Origin: Balamuthia mandrillaris
Taxonomy: Eukaryota
Direction of reading: 5' to 3'
Assembly: GCA_031835245.2 (NCBI GenBank)
Contig: JAVKOQ020000097.1
Coordinates: 1-64,000 of the forward strand
DNA length: 64,000 nt
The notes under the pieces are model-generated. The model saw nothing but the letters and a program-made list of their open reading frames with translations, did not search any database and was not told the DNA's origin. A program made the translations under genes and the position numbers. Positions 58,871 to 64,000 of this stretch are shown in pieces. Position 1 is the first letter of the stretch, and each line of letters begins with the position of its first letter.

Positions 58871-61665
58871 TCATACCACTCTCCAACCAGAAATAGTGGC
58901 ACCGTTGGTATAGATGTTCGAAGAGTTGCTCTGCGACTTGGCCGCCTCGTTCATGTGGATCAAGTCATTCTCCAAAACGGCTTTCACCGGCAGGCCAAAA
59001 GAAGCAACGGGGCCAAGATACAATGCTCCTCCCTGTCTTCCGTAGTTGCAAACGAAAGAGGAGGAGGTGGCTCGTAGGTTGCCGCCCAGCATGCAAAGAG
59101 CACCTCCCCTGTCACCCTCGTTGCTCTCAAAGTAGGCCGAGTCATCAATGGTGAGAGAGGCGGAAGGGCTGAGAGTGCTGTAGGCGATGGCGCCGCCTTC
59201 GCGCATGGCTTTGTTGAAGAAGAAGAGAGAACTGCTCAAGGCGAGGGAGTGGGCGTAACCTGTGGGTTCTCTGTAGATGGCTCCTCCTGCTCCTGTTAGG
59301 ACAGAAAAGAGGACATAGCACCAAGAAATAAGTTGATATAAAGTAGGCCGTAAGAGAGAAAGAGCAACAAACCAATGATCGCAGTATTTGAGGCAAATAT
59401 ACTCCTCGTAATAACGGTGCTAACTCTAGTGGTATCATACAAGGCTCCTCCGTTGTGGGTCGCAACGCTCGAGTTAAACGTGCATCCATCAATGTAGGCG
59501 TTGGTGACGTCCATCAAAGCAACGCTGCCGCCATTCTTCTCCGCTTTGTTGTTCACAAACTCGGACTCCAGGATTCTGACCTCAGCGAACCCTCCTCCTT
59601 TCACTGCGAGAGCTCCTCCATTGTTTCCCGATTCATTCTCCGTGAAACGGCATCTCTCTATAGTAACTTTGTGCAATGGTGTTGAAGAATTAGAGGAAGT
59701 GGTAAGGTGGACAGCTCCAGATCCAAGATAGCCTTTCGTGCCAGAGATCCAAACGTCTTGAAAGTGAACGGAGATGGGCGTGGTTCCGTTCGATGTTGGG
59801 AGGAGTATGTGGAGAGGACATTCGTGGAAGTGGATGCCTTTGATGGTAAGACGAGGATTATGGAGCGCTATAAAGCTTGGATATTGGCCGCATGCAAGAG
59901 TGGTGGTCTGTGCTGCATAGGGATTGTCTGTTTTGTTTTATTTTTGTGTTTAGTTTAAGAAAGGTAATAAGATTGCTGCAAAAATAAGCGACTGCTACAA
60001 ACAAAAACTCACCATCAGCAGCACGAATAGTGATGGAATAGTTTCCAGGGGGAATGAGAAGGGCGTCCTTGAGTTGGGATCGTCCGGGCAGGATCTTGAT
60101 GACCGTTTCTTGATGCGTGTGACGTAATGCTTGTTGCAAGGTGGAGAAAGGTCTTGCGAAAGAGCCGTCCTGATCATCAAACGGATAGCTTAGGTTGACA
60201 TAATAGACTTGTAATACCAAGTAGAGCGAATAAGTTACAAATACGAATGTTAAAAAAAAAGAAAAAGAAAAATGAGAAGAACAACAAGAAGAAGGAGCTC
60301 AAGAACTGAAGAAGGAGGAGTAGAGGAGGTAGAAAGTCTGAATAAACAGGAAACATAAAGAAAGAAGGAGAAATGTTACAGCTAATCTTGTCATTGATGA
60401 TAACGTCGAATGTAACGTCGACGCATTGCTCCGTTTTGGCACCAACAATCAATGATAGCTCGTCTCCTTTGTGCAACTGCAAATAGGCCTTATCATCTGC
60501 GTATTTGTTTAAAACAACAAACAATCAGCGTCTGTAATGAAAGAAAAGAATGTGGATGACAAGATGAAACCTGCGGAAGAGCAAAACAAGGGAGCTCCAC
60601 AACAATCCCCTCTCCTTATTTCCATGACGGTCTGTTGGCCCGCTCCAGTATCGAACACATAAAGGCCATCCTTAGGAGCTGTATAGCGAAGAACGACTTG
60701 CTTCATGTCGGTGTCGACGTTGGAGCCACAAGTGGAGTGAAGCACGTGGGAGTAGTTGCACGTGTTAACTGCAGCACCAAGAATGTTGGTGCCCAGTTTG
60801 GAGCTATTAAAGTTTCCACAAGAGAAACAACCTTTTTGCAGTTTTGTTAAAGAGAAGGCCTAAAAGAAACGATAACCAAAGAACGAATGGTGAAAACAAA
60901 CCTGTTTTGGGTTTGTAGTGGTTTTTGTTAACGCAGCCAGCCCACAACTGACGGCTAAATTGCCATTGCTTCAGTTTGCCTGACGCTAGTTCCCAGTTCC
61001 TACAGATAGTGCAACACACATACTTCAGTAACTCTCAACTTCTAAATGTCGATACCTCTCTCTCTCTCTCTCTCCACTCACAGCAACATACCAGAGTTTA
61101 ATCTGAGCTCCAACTTCTCCCTTTACGTTTCCACGAATACGAGCTTCTCCAGTAAACAAACCGCGGTGGTGGTCCTTGGGCTGCGCAACAACAAGAGCAG
61201 CAGAAGAAGATTCCGGAGCACAATCCTTTGGGAAGTCATAGTCGATGTGAAGTCCTGTCGTAAACTCCACAAATGGTCCGTTCAAGCCGTAGAGCCGCAT
61301 ATCTAAACGAGGCTGCAGCCAAACGTCTGTCTTGGTTGCTTTTATTTTTAACGGAACCAAGTTAGAAGAATGTGCAGCGAACAATGAGGCAAGAAGAAAG
61401 AAAAAAAAAAAGAGCAAAGAACGAACCAACCAAGATTTCCATGGTGGGAGCATGAACGTTGTAGGAGAGAAAGTTGGAGAAGGATGGCGTCCATCCGCCT
61501 TCAGAGGTGTAAGTCACGCTCCCGTTCAGCTTTCCCAACACTTCAATACCGGCGGTTACTTTGGTGCTCATCTCAACTGTTGACGTTATCCCCGCCTTGT
61601 TTGTTTACCAACAACAAAAGACAGAGATGTTAGGCAAGGAGAGAGAAAAGAGAAGAGAAAAATGG

Positions 61666-61764
<99 letters not shown>

Positions 61765-63240
61765 AAACAACAAAGAAGACAAAAAGACACCTTGATAGGA
61801 ATGCTAAGGGAGATGTAAACAGGGATCCAACCAACGGAAAGAGAGATGCGTGGCAGCTCGATCGTGTAAACCAGCTTCGAGGTGTTGACTGCGGTGACCG
61901 CTCCGGAATGGGTCTCCATCTTAAAGTCCATGTTGGCAAACCACTCTCCTTCCCAGCTGGCAAACATCCTTTCAACGTGCTTCGGAACGTAAGAATAGCT
62001 GTGTTTGAGGTTGTGTTGCATATGAGTAAACCAAAGAGAACGTGGAAAGAATGAAAAGAGACATACTTCCCAAAGTCCAACTCAAAGCGAATGCCAGAGC
62101 GAGACTTGAAGAAGCAGTTATGGCACGCAATCTCCATCTTGTCGTCCACCAAGAGCGGAATGGACTCTTCCGCCTGGCCAGAGGCTGGGTCGTAGTTGTA
62201 GTTCAGTGCTGGTCCCTCAAAGTAGGCTCCTACCGGGCCTGGTTGTGCTCCGTAAAAGTCTTCGGTATATAAACGGATGCTTCCTCTCTCAAAGAGATGC
62301 TGCAAAGAAAGAAGAAAGAAGAAAGAAGAAAGAAGAAAGAAGAAAGAAGAAAGAAGAAAGAAGAAAGAAGAAAGAAGAAACGAGAAACGTTAGTATCAGG
62401 ACAGGTAAGGAAAAGAATTTGAAGACGCACTGCTAGAGGAACTTCCGTGGTGTCGACGATTGCCAACACAGGTCCTTTGCCTGTTACTAACGACAAGCTC
62501 TTCACTCTTCGATAAATAGCGCCTTTTTGTGTTCAAGGACCGGAGAGAGAAGCAGAGCACCAAAGAAGCGACGTTAGAAGACACCGAAAAACATCGCAGT
62601 GGGAAGGCGTAATACCAGCAAGGCCTTGTTCGTCGACGTTGCAGCCCCAAACATGAGATCCCACAAGAACGGCGTGTTCCGGCCACGAACTAACCGCTTT
62701 CTTCACTTCAGCCACATTTCCACCAAACTTTGCACAACAAACAAGAAAGAACAAGGACGTTAAACGTTGAATCGATTGATGTGTAGTTGTTTGCCTCCAG
62801 GAAGAAAACAAGAAGAAGGTTACCTGCAACAAAAGTTGATCAGCGGAACATTTGATGGCCGCGAGGAGCTTGTTGCTCTTCAGCTGATCGAGCGAGACGA
62901 GCTCTGCCGCGTGCTTCACGTCGTACTCGAAGCGGGTGTGAAGACCTTCCGGACTTTGGTGCCGAAAGTGGAGACGGAAGGCTCCCTTCTCCTTGGGATG
63001 CTCCCTCACGGCGCCCAAGCGAAGCGCTGGATGTTCTTGCCAGGAAGAGCTTGTGGCCACATGCTCGTTGCTGCTACGGAAGGCAAAACTTGGGTCGTAG
63101 TCCTGCTGTTGGAGAGGAGGAAGAGGAGAGCCATGGACATGGCTGTAGCGGTGGAAGGAGAAAAGAAGAAACAGCGACAAGAAGAGAAGAGACGAGGCGA
63201 ACGCCGGGAGATGGCAGACAAACACCCTCCTCCTCCTCAT
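58871..63240 (-). CDS. Large secreted protein with a C-terminal parallel beta-helix (Pmp-type GGAL/FxxN repeats, DUF1565-like start), multi-exon
   Basis: Hydrophobic signal; beta-rich N-terminal region (SWP...GSHVWGCN, CHNCF); YYVN...DGSFARPFSTLQQAL; repeated FTEN-GGAL, FVNN-GGSV, FNK-GGAI, FESN-GGAL. Whether this is one gene or two is not certain. Confidence 0.75.
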
Positions 63241-63745
63241 GTTTGCACACACACACCAGACCGCGCTTTGGTCAACAGGTTACGCTTCGTGCGGGAGGAG
63301 AATGGTGCGGATGGTGGCTCGTGCCAATTGTGCTTTCTTCCACAAATTCTTCAAAAGAGAGAAAAAAAAAAAAGCCCGGCAGGTGGTAATATTATAGCAC
63401 AGGTGGTTCCCCTGCTAGATACAACAGAGCACACAAGGCAACGAAAGGACGGAAGGAAGCATTCACGTCGACATTATACCATTTTTCAGTGCAACAAGAA
63501 TAGGATAATAATTCCAAGCATTGTTGAAATTCTTACAAGTCATTACTGCCGACGGTCCCCGATCACCCCTCTGGGACCGCTGCTCCTCCTCAATGTCTCA
63601 GCGCTTCAGCCTGGAGATCCCGCCACCCCCATGCCAAGAGCATTTAAAGAAGGTGCCGGAAGGACTTGTCACCAGTTGATTCTTCCTGGGCTGGTGGCAA
63701 CCCCTCCTTCAAGAGATTGGGGACTCGGACCCTGAGAAATATAGC

Positions 63746-64000
63746 ATGGAGGATGGAAGTGCGGAGCGTGCCAAAGCAATGATAGAGGTTGCCCGTCGCT
63801 ACAGCTCCCTACGACGTTCTATCAAACAACAAGCTCGACATAATCGACTTATTCGGCAGGAGCTCAAGTGCTTGAATACAACCCCAAGCGAAGAACTGGA
63901 GTACATCCAGAGGCGACAAAAGGAGAGAACAACTGCGTGCATCCAGCAAAGTCAGGATGGTAACTGCTCAGCTCTCTACAACTGTGTCCCGTCGGCAGCG
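63746..64000 (+). CDS. Hypothetical protein, runs off the window
   Basis: Open frame MEDGSAERAKAMIEVARRYSSLRRSIKQQ... with coding-like composition. Confidence 0.4.
   Translation, partial: MEDGSAERAKAMIEVARRYSSLRRSIKQQARHNRLIRQELKCLNTTPSEELEYIQRRQKERTTACIQQSQDGNCSALYNCVPSAA

Noticed and set aside
1..64000. tRNA or rRNA genes
   Set aside because: None recognised by eye; tRNAscan-SE or Infernal would be needed to exclude them.

Overview
Eukaryotic chromosome end, most likely an amoebozoan. The basis is (CCCTAA)n telomere, talin, a Skp1 with the KNDFTPEEE motif and short microsatellite-filled introns; a Balamuthia-like origin is inference only. From the telomere (1-26) come a 101-bp tandem array and a ~135-bp tandem array that are unrelated except for a shared palindrome, CGCTCCG-T-CGGAGCG. 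The telomere joins the first array exactly where the next palindrome copy would lie. Next are two convergent Crinkler/RHS-type (CR) effector-like genes: coiled-coil + PD-(D/E)xK REase + protein kinase (+), and putative mitochondrial presequence + SAM + STAND-like NTPase + REase (-). From ~11.6 kb the window is gene-dense and mostly housekeeping: HPPD, PX-BAR sorting nexin, SDR, a broken GT90, talin, EHD-like GTPase, Rab1-like, Skp1, RasGEF, NDUFAF6, CMC2, methyltransferase, MORN-variant protein, PARP, BET1-like SNARE, EF-hand mitochondrial carrier, ERp29-like, COMMD5-like, ankyrin/F-box and a large Pmp-repeat secreted protein. Several frameshifts fall in short homopolymers and may be assembly errors. 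All gene models were spliced by eye and no database searches were run.
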